DNA from: Geosiphon pyriformis uo1
Taxonomy: Eukaryota > Fungi > Glomeromycota
DNA: 64,000 nt
Assembly (NCBI GenBank): GCA_016748015.1
Contig: JAAOMT010000570.1
Coordinates: forward strand, 624,043-688,042
Direction: 5' to 3'
Part shown: positions 12,982 through 26,900 of the stretch, piece after piece
How the letters are laid out: each line of letters opens with the position of its first letter
How positions within the stretch are numbered: position 1 is the stretch's first letter
Made by a program: the position numbers and the translations under genes
The notes under the pieces: model-generated
Databases searched by the model: none
Told to the model about the DNA's origin: nothing
Seen by the model: the letters and a program-made list of their open reading frames with translations, nothing else

Positions 12982-15900
12982 TTTTTTTACCTTTAATAAG
13001 TGAAGTCCAAATATGGCCTAGTACTATACATCACATCAATAATCTAAACTAGGTGTGAATCATGCATTTGCTACATGTGACCAGCCACTCAGACCAATTA
13101 AGACAACACTAAACACCTATATGAACAGAGGCCATATCTCTAATATTTGAAAAAAACAGACAAAATTTACAAAACCCAAAACTAATACCAAATACATTGG
13201 CAACACCCAATAACCTAATTACATTAGCCAAGAGCACCATAGGAAAACCAGAAACCAAAACAGGAACAAAACCATCATGCAGGATCAAGCCACTTTTTTC
13301 CATAATAATCTAGTGTTTGACATACACCAGCCAAATATCATCCCAAAAAGCAAAACAAAACTCGCACACAAAAGATACAATATTTTGAGCTGCAACTTTA
13401 GAGTCCTTAAAAATAGAAATAGATTCATAATACCAATTGTTGAAAACAAAGCCTTTACACAGAGCTGTACCAACAACAACATTAGCAACACAAATAGACA
13501 ATAACTGTAAGACACAAGAAGAAGAGTGAAATAAACCCAAGTGCACTTTCTAAGCAGATGCATGAATTTTTATCAACTGAACATGACCAACAGCATCAAA
13601 AGAGCAAGAAAAAACATGGTTTGAAACCTCAACATTTTCACAGAACAAACACACTACACTGGGATAATACCTATTATAAAGCTGCTTATGTACTGCAACA
13701 GAGAGATAATGATGCAATGCCTTTATAAAATATGAACAAAAGCAAGCAGTACATGCACTAATAAAACCAGCAGACAAGTGAGAATCAGAATGCCATACTG
13801 ACAAAGATCTGGACCAATCAATATTAGCATGTAGACTGTCTATCAAGATCTGAAAACCAGAACCAATTTTCCAACATGTACAGTAAATAGATCAGAAAAT
13901 ATCATGAACAAAATGCCTAGAATTACTGGAAACTGTCATATTATCAGCTTTAAGAAAATGTTCACTGACCATATGAAGTAGGCATCTATTAGAAAAAGCA
14001 GCAGTCCTAACAAAAGCATCAACACACTTATTGTCAGAGGCACCAGAGTGGCCTTTAACTTTAATCCAATTAACATTCAAATTCTTGTGACAAATGACAT
14101 TAGCAATATGGTAATACTAAATCCAACACCAATTCTTAAAATTTGGACAAGCCAACACAGACTCCAACTTGTATGCATCCAAAGCAGCCTGGCTGTTCAA
14201 AAACAAGTCAACAGAATGAGAAAAAGGAATACACTCAAGAGCCAAAGCAATAGTCTGCAACTCTACTATTGTAGAAGAAACTAAACCATAGACTCTCACA
14301 CTCAGACCCAAATCAATGTCCTCAAAAAAAGCAGCAGTATCAGCCATTATATTAGAAGTTCTTAGACCACTCAGAGATCAATTCATGTACACAGAAAGAC
14401 AAGTATTAACACATAACAAATTGACTCCAATAACACCAAAATTACAAGACTGAAGGATATTAGAAAAGAAACAATCATTTAAAGATAGAGGACAAGCCAA
14501 AGAAGAAGCCTTACTATCAAGAAAATGAACAGAAAGCTCAAACCAAATGGGAACAAAACCACAAGGGTCCAATTGCTTCCACTGCTTAAAGATTGTCCAA
14601 CCAAAAACAACACCATGCTTGTTACACAGCTGGTTCATAAAAGCGATCCCATAATGTTGAAGAAAAAAAACATACTTAAAATAATTAGGCTTACTAAGAA
14701 CAAGAGACATAAAAGTACCACCTTGAAAACAAAATGCACTGGCCTGAGAGCTGCCCAAGAGCAAATTACATCCAGAAAAAATGCAGACCATACCAGCCAA
14801 AAAATTGTCTGAGGGGTTGATTCTAACATAAGCTGGAAATTGTAGAGGGTGGCAAAGACACCAGCTAAGAACCTGAAAATCATGAGATCTATGAGAAAAT
14901 AACTGACCCAAAATACTCAATGAATTCACAAAAAAAACAAGGAAAGCCAATTTGCTTTCAGTCTGAATTTGTTCAAAAGTCTTTAAACCATACAAAGAAG
15001 GATGATGGATTGTATCAGTAGAGAAATCAAGTGGAAAACCAAACTTAGACTTTAAGCTCTTGTGAATTATAGCATTCCATTTACTACAAATGCTGACAAA
15101 AACAAAATTGAATTGAGTTCTGTAACTGACAATAGAAAAAAAGACTGCTGACACCAAATATGTAAACTGTTTATCTGAGATTGCTTTTTTTAAAACAAGA
15201 TTGACAAAAAACCAAACATTTGAATGCACTTTAGCCAAGTTAGGTTTCGACAGACTCTTAGAAGATAAAAAAATACCCAAATAATGATAAGATTCCCCTT
15301 TTTTGGTAACAAAAATAGGTGAGCCACTAACAGTCAGATAAGGATTCGAAATTTGGCAGTTGATGGGAATGACCACAGTCTTGTTATTATTTATAGAAAT
15401 GTTATTAAACCTAAAAAATTCACTAGCAACATTGAGGATGTATTATGTAGTAGTCTGATTACTATAAACCCAAATTGTATCATTGACAAAAGTACCAGCA
15501 GCAAAAAATAACATCAACCCAGACTTGGAAACAAAATAAGAATTTAATCTGTAACCATATACACCCTTCTGCCTTTTGATCTTACATAAAAGCAAATCAT
15601 AGAATATGCACCAAAGAAGAGGTAAGAAAACTTTCCCTTGGTCCAACTCATTATGAACATGATACCCATCAGTCAAGCCAAAGTGTGTCATCACTTTGTT
15701 AATATGACTATTGTAAATACTACCAAAAAATCTAATAAATCTGTTACATATCTTGATTCTAACCAAACTCCTTCTAAAATGTTCTCAACCAACAGAGTCA
15801 TAGGTCTTATGTATGTTCTACAAAACCAGCTACAGTTCTCAGTTTTTCTCTAAGGCATCTTCAACCACTGAGCTGATGGCAAAAATGGGAGATTGCATTA

Positions 15901-18900
15901 TTATATCTTTCAAAACAGAGAAATTGTCCCTATATAAAACATCATAAGTGCTGCAAGCTGAAAAAATTCTATCTGAAAGAATCTTGGAAAGAATTTTATG
16001 AGCTGTTTCAATCAAAGCAATAAAATAAGTATTTATAAAAACACCTTCCTATTTATATGGCTTAAGAATCATTGAAACCCAAGCTTCCTTCCAAGACCCA
16101 GGCACTGATTTACAAGTCAAACACAGATTTAAGAACACCAAAAGCATATCCAAGACTGAATTGTCACAGTGTTTTCACAATTCATTAGAGATGCCAAAAA
16201 AACCAGCTGCTTTTTCATCAGACAGATTCGAGACTACAGCAAACAATTTATCAGAACCAATCAGACACATTACATCGGAAAATACACTATTGAAAACATA
16301 ATTTAATGGTTGATATTGGCAAATCCAATCATCAAAGATATTGGGCACCACTCTGTGTTTCCTAGTTTAATTTTCCATAATCTTATCTACCTTAGACTTA
16401 ACTAAATCAGGCTTCAAGACCAATTCATCATCTACAACTAAATGATCCAACACTATCTTGTAAAAAGAATGCTCCAACATATTTTTAATGGTATAACTCT
16501 TATCCAATTCAAAACTTTCTATTCTATTGGTAATGGTCTGCTTGATGTGAGATTCTTCAGCACACTTGAATTCCAGCAACTTGGAAGAATAGTAAAACTT
16601 CTTTACTTTTGCCAACCCAGAACAAATAGCATTAAAAGTAGAACCTAAAAGAAAAAGAAATCTTACTTCTGCTGTACCATTAGAGTCAAGCCTGTCCCAT
16701 GTACCCAGCAATGAAGCAAAATCCTTACTTGAAACCAAATGAAAAGCTTTTACCAGCCTGGACACTAGCAACTCAAGCTTATAAAGCCTAAAAGACACCT
16801 TGGTAAAAACATTGTCATAATCTTTGAATCATTTTTTTTTGAATGTCCTATTGGCTGAAAAAACCATGACTCTACAAACAATGTCCCACATTACATTCAG
16901 ATCTGAAAATCTCTCAGCTGCCACAAATGCATTTGAAAACATAGCAGCATTAGCAGCTGTGATATCTCTAAACTTGCACCACTTCTTCTTATTGACACTT
17001 ATAATGTCAAACTTCCAATAATCTTTGTTTGTCTGTTTGCACAGCAAGAATAGCTGAACATTCAACAAACCATCCAGACCCACAGAAACAGAAATGGCTA
17101 TATGATCAGTATTAAAATAATCCTTAACACTAGCCACATTGTGACCCATTATTACATTAACCAAATTTGAGGAAATGAACATATAATCAATCATCTTAGC
17201 AACTCCACGAGAATTGCACCATATTAGTGTCTTAGCAAACGAGCTTCTGGCCAAAGAGTTGACCAAACCCAAATCAAAACACTTCCTGAAACTGGCACAT
17301 TTATGAGATTTATCTTCATTGAAGTCACCACCAAAAATGATGAAAGAAAATTCATTTACAGCCTTTGCAATAAAAGAATTAATGTCACCAGTCTGAAAGA
17401 ACTGAACTACCAAAGAAGCATCAGCATACAGCCCCAAAATTGACACAGAAAATTTATTTTTGAAAAACAACTTGACAGAAAAGATCTAATCAGACATCTC
17501 AGAAACTTTGCACACATGATGAGCCAAAGAACTATTTATAATAATAGCAATGCCTAAATCCAAGTAACCAGAATCCACACCAAAAGTGAAGACACAAACA
17601 TCATCAAACTTGTTCATGATTTATGGACAGATCTTATCTTTCAATTTAGTCTTAGTAACAATGGAAATCAAATTGTTCATTTTCCTATACCAATGAATTA
17701 TATCACTCTGCTTCACAGGATTGTTTATCTCTCTAATGTTGCAAGTGGCAACATTCCAGATCTTATCATTCATTGAGAAAGATGAGAGGCAGAAACTGAA
17801 CCAGCATTGTCCATTTTAGCCAAAAGACTTATAACTGTGATTGAAAAATTATTTAATGTCTCTTCTATTTTTAAGACAATTGAAGGATCATAAACTACTG
17901 CTTCCACAACAGTCTTACCACTAGTGATCACACCTGAATTTTCACTCATCACTATATCTGCTTCCTGATTCTGTAATGAAGAGATCACCAACAGCTGGCA
18001 TCCAGGGCTAAGCTGAGAAACCATTGACCCAGGTGTATCCAACCTTTTAGCCAGCTTATCAACACACTTTATGAGACTGGTAAGACTGCACTCAAAAGTA
18101 GCAAACCTATCATTCAATTTCAAAGACACCAGTGGGGTAAACTTTATCTCCGAAGAGAAACCAGTATTCAACACAACATTTCGAATGGAAGGGGGAGGGA
18201 AAGAGGACTCATCAGCAATTTATGTTCATAAGACATCATCAAAAGAAACAGGACGAGCAACTGAAGCTGAGCATTTAGCATAAATAGTGGCCAGCCTGCT
18301 TTTATTAAAGTCTAAAAAAGTTTTCTATAATAAAACACCAGAAGAAACATTCTTCTTCCCACTAACATAACAAAGCCAAAAATGTATGGCCTAATTTCTT
18401 ATACCCAGTACACTTAGTCAGAACAAGACAAGACCAGTACAGATTGGCCTCTTTTAGAACAGACATGGTCTTTATGACAACATCCAATGACTTAGCAAAA
18501 TCAAAACAAACAGCAGCACACCTGGCTCGGACATAAAAAACCAGGTAATAGTCAATGACACAAGTTTTCTCACTCACTGAAGCAACATAATCCCAAATAT
18601 CATGTATGTTGGTCCCCATTGGCAAAGTGTATAACAAAGCTTTGTAGATGTCTTTCACATCCCATAATTTTTTGTTTACATCAGATCTAGCAACATGCAT
18701 TGCATCTTTTCTGATTAGAATAGACCATTTTGCTGTGACCAAATCAGCATAATTAACTTGTTCAAATTCAACCACTGCTTTTTGTCATAGCTCTACCAAT
18801 TGTATTTTAATTAACTTAATTATTTCGAACTCAGATAGTGCAGCTCACACAGCCTCAGTTGATGTACCAATTAGAATTTCCTTCAACATTACAGTTCGAT

Positions 18901-19708
18901 CTAAACACTCAGATAATTTTTTGAGATTAATGTTTACCAAAATCTTTGCTTCTTTAGCTTTTTTAGAAGCCTGTGCCAAGCTTGATTCAGAAATAAATAT
19001 TGCTCTGATGATCCCAGCAAATTTTAAAGAGGTAGAAGCCTCCCCAAAACCATTGATTTTTGAAAACAACTTTCTGATTACTTAAAGCTTTTCTTGAGAA
19101 GATTTCTCAACCACTTTGTCCAACTCAATATTCAAAGCAAAGAATTTGCAAACAGAAATGTTGACCAGATTTTTTAAAGATGGAGGGAGTTCCAATAAAG
19201 CATCCAAAAAAACATCATCTTCATCATCATTTAATGAAAAATTAATTTTACCCAATGGCTTGTCTAATACCTTTTTGGTTTTGACTTTCAAACCAGTAGG
19301 TGTTTGATTAGAATCTCCTCTAGCAAGAGCACTATTTTTACTATAATCAAAACTGGTCTTTTCTATTAGACATTCCTCCTCCATATCAATACTATTAGAT
19401 TCAGTGGTGTTACCAGTCTCTGAACCCCATGAGCGACTATTTTAAACCTTAGAACCAACATTTTTACCACCAGAACTATTTTCTAAAACACTATCTCTCC
19501 TTTTTTTCCTTAAAAGAACAGATCTGAAGCCATTACTAGAACCAGAAACTTTAGCAGTCTTCTTTATAACAGCAATACTACAGCCAATGGTGGCCTCGTA
19601 GTTAAGAATAAAGAGTTTAGATTTATCATATTAAATTGTAAAAAACTTCTTTAAAAAAAAACTTGAGACTCTTTTTAGGAATTTGGGACAAAAAAAAAAA
19701 AGAAATTT
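12982..19708 (-). mobile_element. Full-length inactivated L1-like LINE (element B): ORF1 ~19568-17770, ORF2 17773-13109; 14-bp TSD
   Basis: GGDFNE, IDYMF, TDH, FVND, KVKGHSG, CLFCENVEVSNHVFSC; poly(A) at ~12982-12988; TTAAACATATATTT at both 12968-12981 and 19709-19722. Confidence 0.96.
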
Positions 19709-19969
19709 TTAAACATATATTTAAGCTTAATTAAATAAATTTATTAAAATACCAATTTTTTGTTAAAATAATATAATTAAATTTAAAAAAACTTGTTTAA
19801 ATAAGATTTTAATATTTATTAAAAATTTGGTTAAAAACTTTAATTAATTATATATAACAAGTAATGTTGTAATTTATTTTGCTAAGTTAAATTTAAAAAT
19901 AAAAGTAAAAATTTATAATTTGTTATTATTTATATTAATTAAATTATTATAATTTTGGTTTTTAAGTAT

Positions 19970-20565
19970 TGTTACAGGTGATTATTTGGGATGTTGGAAC
20001 AAATAACAAATTCATAACTTGGTGCTCAATAGCTAAGAATATTGGTAATTTTTAAAGGTTTTCATAATTTGAAGGTTTTGGTTAAGTCCTTTGTATAATG
20101 GACAGAGATTTAATTAATGGTTTCTTTTGTGAATTTTTTTCTTTAGCATGGTGGCTGATTTATTCTGACAATTGTGCCCTTTTGGTAAGCTATTCTTAAA
20201 TTTCTATCTTTGTTTCCAGGTCTTTTACCAGGCTATTATTAATGTTAAATACTTAGGACTTAATCTCTTTAATTAATTAGTAAACAACAAAGAAACGAAA
20301 CAAAAGAAAATAAAAGAAAATAAAAAAGAAAATAAAAAATTAGTATTTTGTCAATAGCTATAATCAAAAGCTATTGGTCCAATGTGGTTAAGTATTGGAT
20401 TCTATTAACATGAAGTATTAATAGTGAGAAAAGTGATTAATATTCTTAATCAAGAGATAATAACATAGATTGGATGATAATTAGATATTTTTATTAATAT
20501 TGATGTGATTTCACTTCAAGTTATAGAAAACTATCTTTTGAAAGAAGAGGTATTGTTGTTCTAAA
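19970..20565 (-). repeat. Partial LTR, family 1
   Basis: Begins TGTTACAGGTG at 19970; inverted homolog of 4300-4938; shares TGCCCTT..TAAGCTA, CTTTTACCAG.CTATT, an A-tract and a hairpin with family 2 LTRs. Confidence 0.65.
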
Positions 20566-20972
20566 CTCTATATGCGAATATATATATATGAACAGAATTA
20601 AAAAATCTGTTTTTGATAATAAGATAAAGGCCTTTGTAATAATATTGTCACAAAAAAGTAAAAACCTTTTGAAGTATTAAGTGATTTTTTTATTCAGCAA
20701 AAGCTTTGAAACCATTTATACAAGGAGAGGATACAAATTGAGGAAAGATAAAAAGAAATTTCTACAAAAAATATGTATTTTTTTTACCTATTATTATGAA
20801 CTATGAACTATGACCTATGACCACCCACCACGGCTCCTTTCTCAATTTACAAAGATATCGAATATAATATGAACTAAAAGAAGCGTTTTAAAAATTGTCC
20901 ATTACACTAATTGATTATTTGAGATCCATGATACCAATTACCAGGTTTAGTATATATCATTAGTTTTTAGAA

Positions 20973-23900
20973 TTATTGGAACCCAAAACCAGTAGTTCCC
21001 TCCGAGATCGCAAGCAGGACTTGTGCTCTTAGTTGCTCGTAATTATCGTATTCGGGAATATCCAATTGATTGAAACTAAGAGAATTTTTGATAATAAAGT
21101 TTTTAGTGATTGAAACTTAAATTTGTGTGTGTGTTGCAATGAATTAATATATTCATTGACAGAAACTTACCACGTATGAGCACTCGGAAGACGATCTGGG
21201 CTGGCAAAGTCTTTATGTATTTGGAATTTCTGTACACCATGTACACCTTGGAGAGCAGAGAAACCTTCAAGAGGAACTTTTGATGTACCAGTAACAAATT
21301 GTAATAGCTTAGCACGTTCTTCTTGGTCGAAACTCCGTACAGCCCTCCAGAACCATTGAATCTGTGGTGATGATGAAGTATAATTTTGATATTCAGTGTT
21401 ATTTTTCCAGTCGTCGATATCAATGTCTGGCATTCCTGAAATTAACAATTCCAATTCTTGCTCATTGAATATACTGATTAAATGAGCCGGAATAACTTCA
21501 TGAAAACCAGCGAGGAAATTGGCAATTTGTTCTTTAATAGCCAAGGTGAGCTTTTGTTCCGTCACTAATTTGACATACTCTCGCTTATTTTCCTCTGTAA
21601 CTCGAGTGTTGGCACCACCAGGCTTCAATTCGACTTGCTTAGTCATACCAAAGTCGTTATCTTCGACGGTAAAGGTGAGATCATCCATTTGAGAGATATC
21701 ATTCTCCAGGATCCAAACCAAACTATTGTAGTATTCTAAATCGATCGCTTCAACGTCTCGGTAATCAACAGGTTTTCCCAAAATATGCTTATAGAATGAC
21801 CGCGTGAAATAAGCATCAAGTAGTCGCCCATCATAAATAGCTTTTCCTATGACTCGGCCAACAAATTTGAAGAAGAGCAAATGTTCTGGGTTAACGAAGG
21901 ATGCCCTGTTAGGTTGATATGTAAGCCGGTCCGCAGCAGAGGTTTTGAAGAGAGCATAATTTTCATTGAACATCTGCCTGGCAAGGACTTGGAACCATTC
22001 TCTTGTAACACCACCAGCATCAACACCTTCTTCCTCATAGAAACGAACACTGAGTTTACCATACTTGATCTCATCTCCAGTTCTTCGTTGTAAATACTGG
22101 AACGAGTCCTCAAATACATATTGTCGGCGAACATTAAGCTGTAAATTGCCATAATGTTCACGAGTGCTAGGCCTTTTGTGTAGCTGTTGTGTGAAATAAT
22201 TCCTTTTGTTATCGAACTCGAGAATTTTGGGGTTGTGGACAAGTAAAGAAAAGGAGCCACTCATTAAGGACGGATTATTTCGAACCATAGTGTTCAGTAT
22301 CTTTCTATGATCTTCTGTGAAGGTCAAAAATAATTCTTCCATATTATCGGTAGCTGAAGATTCACCAGGTTGGGCTGATGAAGTTCCTATTGCCACATAT
22401 TTGCAAACCACCATCAATGTTTCTATTAAGGGCAACAAAACAGTTGCTACGTGAATCATGTCTGCCTTTTCATGTATAGTTGTTAAACATCTTCCAAGCT
22501 TTTTCCAAAGTTCCGTGAATTTTAAACTATCATAAATGTTCATGACCTTTTCCTCGTCTTCTGTCAACTTGGATCCAGAGCTAATAGCAACAACTTTTGT
22601 CCTGGGTGTAGCTGTATCAGCTTGTTCAGGATCAACTGTCGGTGCCAAAGAAACCTCAACACGTGTGTTCGAGGTGGGCGTCGATTGTTGGGTTTGTTTT
22701 CGAGAATACATGTAGTCTATCGTTTTGAGAACTCGAAGAAGTTTGGCTTGCTTAGATGATGTAGGCGAGAAGTTTGATAATGTAACCCCTTGAACTTCCA
22801 CCCCGGATGTAGCTTGATCCAATACTCGAGCCAATTCATCGAGATCTTCAAGAATATCGTTACCCAACGATTGTGCTTTCTCGACCAATTCAGAAGTAAT
22901 GACTTCACGTGCACCACTCAATGTTGAGAGATATTGGATCACGTTTAAGGTATACTTAAAAGTATTACTAGTACACTCCCCAGCTGTAAGTACATTTACA
23001 ACTAGCCGTAAACAATGGTCAGGGATGACTGGGGGTTTTAATGTAAGGGCCTCTGGCTGTGGTCTCGATGTTGATGGTCCTGCAGCCGTAGTACTATTTT
23101 CATTAGCAGAGGAATTAGTTTGTTCATTAGGAGGCTGAGGGGGTTGGCTTGAATTAGTATTAGTATCATTATTGCCAGAGTTATCTGTGCTATTATTTAA
23201 ATTATGAGAAGACTCCGTAGATTGAGCAGTATGTGTGTTATTGGCAGGTTGATTATTCGTTATATCAGAATCGTTTTGTTCAGAAGGGATTGTTTCGGGT
23301 ACCGAACTTTGAGGGGCGTTGCTGCTGACTTCAGCAGGGGAGTCCGAAGTGGCATTCAATTGAGCATTTAGGGAGTTTGATTGAGCCGAGGGCTCAGCAC
23401 TAGTAGATAATGTTTTTGAAGATTCCAGTTTGGCTAAACTAGACAATGGCCGTAGTACAAAAGATAACAGGTGCATCAATTGATCCATTAAAGTAGTATT
23501 CTTAACAAATACTTGCTTGTCCAAAAGGCTTAATAGTATCACGACGGGATATTTGCTTGTAATTACTTTAGCTTGCTTTTCTTTTCCTTTCTTACTGTTA
23601 GATCTTTTTATCCCAATGACTTGTTCGTGCTCGCTTAAGAAGTAATTGACGGATGCTTCGTTATAAGTGATAATATAAGTTAATGCTTCCAAACACCTTT
23701 GCGCAATAAGATTGGGAACATTTTCGCCTGCGGTCTGAGCAATTTGAGAAAGCATATTTGCACTATTGGCCTTGCCCTTTTTTGCACCTTTTGGTGTTCC
23801 TTTGTTGCGCAAAGTCATCTGAGCAAAGCTTTTATCAACAGCTACAACATCAGCACTACCATCCTGAAGGATGGACAATAACATTGCTACAAGCTCCGCC

Positions 23901-26900
23901 CGAGTTTTGCTGTTTTCACAAAGATTTAAAAGTAATTTATGAAGCAGATTCTTGCCAAGGGCTTGAGGCAAAAATAACAAACGAACTAGGGTGGCTAATC
24001 CATCTACATCAACGAGCTTCATCGCGTCACGCTGAAGGGTTGGCTTTTTGGGAATATGTGTCGGGACTGCATTTGCTAACGTTCGTGATCTTACGGCACT
24101 GGTGTAACGGCGATTAGCTCTTCTGAGAGCTTGAGCTTCTGCAACGATTGCTGGAGGCAAAGATTGCAGGATCAAATCGTCTTGTTCCATAAGTACTGTT
24201 TGCCGTAATTGAGGATCCAAGGTGGCAAAGAAGGTTGCATTATCCATTTCCGCTGGTGCAGCACCGGTAGGTCGATCTCGTTCTTGTCTTTCTCTTTGAA
24301 GGTCTTGTTGTTGTTGAAGCACCTCGTCACGGAGTTCATCTGGTAGAGCCTGAAGAAATTCGGGGCTGATTTGAGCTGAACCAGGTGCCGCAGGTCTTGG
24401 CCTATTTCGTGGCAAATGTTCATTAAGCACTTCTTGTCTTAAATCATCTGGAAGCGCTTCAAGGAAAGTGGGATCAATTCCGGTGTTTGTTATATCTACA
24501 GGCACCCCATTCACCATTACAGTGGTCCTCTCCTCCGGAGGAGGAGCTGGTGGTGGTACATTTGAAGGATCACTAGCCCCTTCACCTGCTTCGCTCGCTA
24601 CCACAACCGAGACCGATTCCGTAGCCATGAGTATATCAGAAGAGCCTGCCTCAGGTGTCGTTTCAGTGTTCTGTTGCTCTGGTATCATTGCAACGTCCAA
24701 TGTAGCAGTGAACTCGACTGCGGGTATCTGTTCATTGGATTCAATGTCAAGATTTGATGTTGTTACATTAGGGAGATTTTCAGGTGTGGGGGAGGGCTCG
24801 GCCTCCATTGGTGTCACTGTCGTTTCTTCTTCCATTGCGGTTCTAGATGATAAGTCAGCTATGGGAGGTTCAACCGAATGCGTTATTATCAGCGAAGGTT
24901 CTTCTTCCATAGCAGTTGTTGAGTCGAGTTCAGGGACTCTCTCTTCGATCGGGGGTGCATCTTCAATCACAATATCGGTTTCTATGACATGGCTTGTTTG
25001 TTCTTGGGTCGTCTGATTTTCGTTGACTGATAAACTTCCTCCAGCTTGCTCTTCTTCAGCTTTTGCCTTTTCTTCTTCTTTTTTACGGGCTTCTTCCTTT
25101 TGTTTTTCTTGCTCGTCTCGGATTCGACGTTCTTCTTTTTCTTTTTCTTCTCTTGCTTTTCTCTTTTTTTCTTCAACCAAGGCTTGAGGAATTAATGCAT
25201 TAGCGATGTGATTAACTAATTTAGTAGATTTCTCTGCGACGGCGGTTCCATACATCATACGTGCTTCATCAAACCATCGTTGACTTGTGGGTGCTGGGGT
25301 AAATTCTTGAACAGCTGAAATAGGATCTCCAGGGAGGGAAGGTAAGTTAGTTTCTTGAGCAGTTACAATAGGTCTTGGGGGGAACATACGATCGACGTCT
25401 ATCCCGCTCACTACTCCAGTCGAATTTGGATTAAGTTCAAGTCGGTATGTTGATGGAACCCCTAACGTACGTCCTCTATTTAATAATTGTTCTAATAATT
25501 GTACCGCACCTCCACCAATCAATTCTTCGATTGATTGTGTCCAATCACCTAAAGGCCCGTTTCTAGAGCTACGACTTCTGGAAGGATCCGCACCAGGTAC
25601 GGGTGGAAGTGCAGGGGCACGATTAACAAGAAGTGGATGAGATGAGACCTCATCTATTGTATTCGTTAATGGTCTGCCTCTTCCTAAACCAGGAAGATCG
25701 GAATCTGCTCCCAAATAATCGTGACGGCCTTGTTCACTGGTATCACCCCACAGATAATCAAGACTATCTGGGGGAACTTCCAAAATAGCTCGACGTCCTG
25801 GTAGACCACGGTGCCGCCGGTTTCCAAAGCTAAAGAGTGCACGGCCGGGGCGTACTACAGGTGCGCCAATATCGTCCTCATTCACAAATAATGTACTATG
25901 ATTATTCCATCCAAAATTAATACTTAATCGATCCTCATAACCGTCATCGATGGCATCGCCACCATCCAAGACAACATCATTTTCGCCAACGTCATCCTCT
26001 TCTTCGTCCTCATCCTCTTCGTCCAAATCTTCATCGTCATCCTCGTCTTCGTCAACAAGCATCGCACCATCATCATCTTGACCAAAGCGATCATGTCTAG
26101 AATGTCGAGGGCGACGACTTTCATCATTTTGAATTACTTCTTCGATATCGCCATTGTCGAGCATGACGGATTCGTTAACATTGTTCCAAGTTATGCCTTG
26201 ACTTTCATCATGGTGGTCAACGTCATCGTCGTCTTCATCATCAACATCGTCAGTCTCTTCTTCATTTAGGTCTTCCGAGATACGATGTTCTTGGCTTTGG
26301 TTAACTTCAAAATCAGGATCGTCATCTTCATCATCAGACATTTCGGAAGCATGAGAAATAGGTGGCTGCCGAACGACAATTTCAACGTCCATGTTATCAT
26401 CATCATTGTCATCATCGTCAGAATCTTCTTCATTACTCAGGTCGCTAAGATCACTAGCACTCTCTTCTTCATACTCATCATCTTCATATGGTTCCTCTTC
26501 TTCCTCCGAGGTATCTAACGTTTCTTCTTGATTATTATCTTGCGATACCCGACCCTCAAGAGTACCAAGAACAGAGTTTTCATAGAGATCTGGGGTATCC
26601 ATAGCTTCAGTGGTTAATTCTTCTGAAGAACTCGTTGAGCCAGATGAAATACTATCACGACGAGGTGGTTCACTTTTGCCATCTTTCAAAGATTCCGCAG
26701 TTCGACCCATTTTAGTGGCGACTTTTGTCAGACACTCCAATGGTTTTAACAAAGAATTAATGAGATTCTTTGCTGAAGGGTAATTGAGATCTAATTCGGC
26801 AAGAGCGGTTGTTAAGATTTCTACAAATTTTCTGTCCAGCATTATTTTGGCGATGCTATTAGACCCTTCATCAATAACTTTGTTTATGTTGTTGTTAGAC

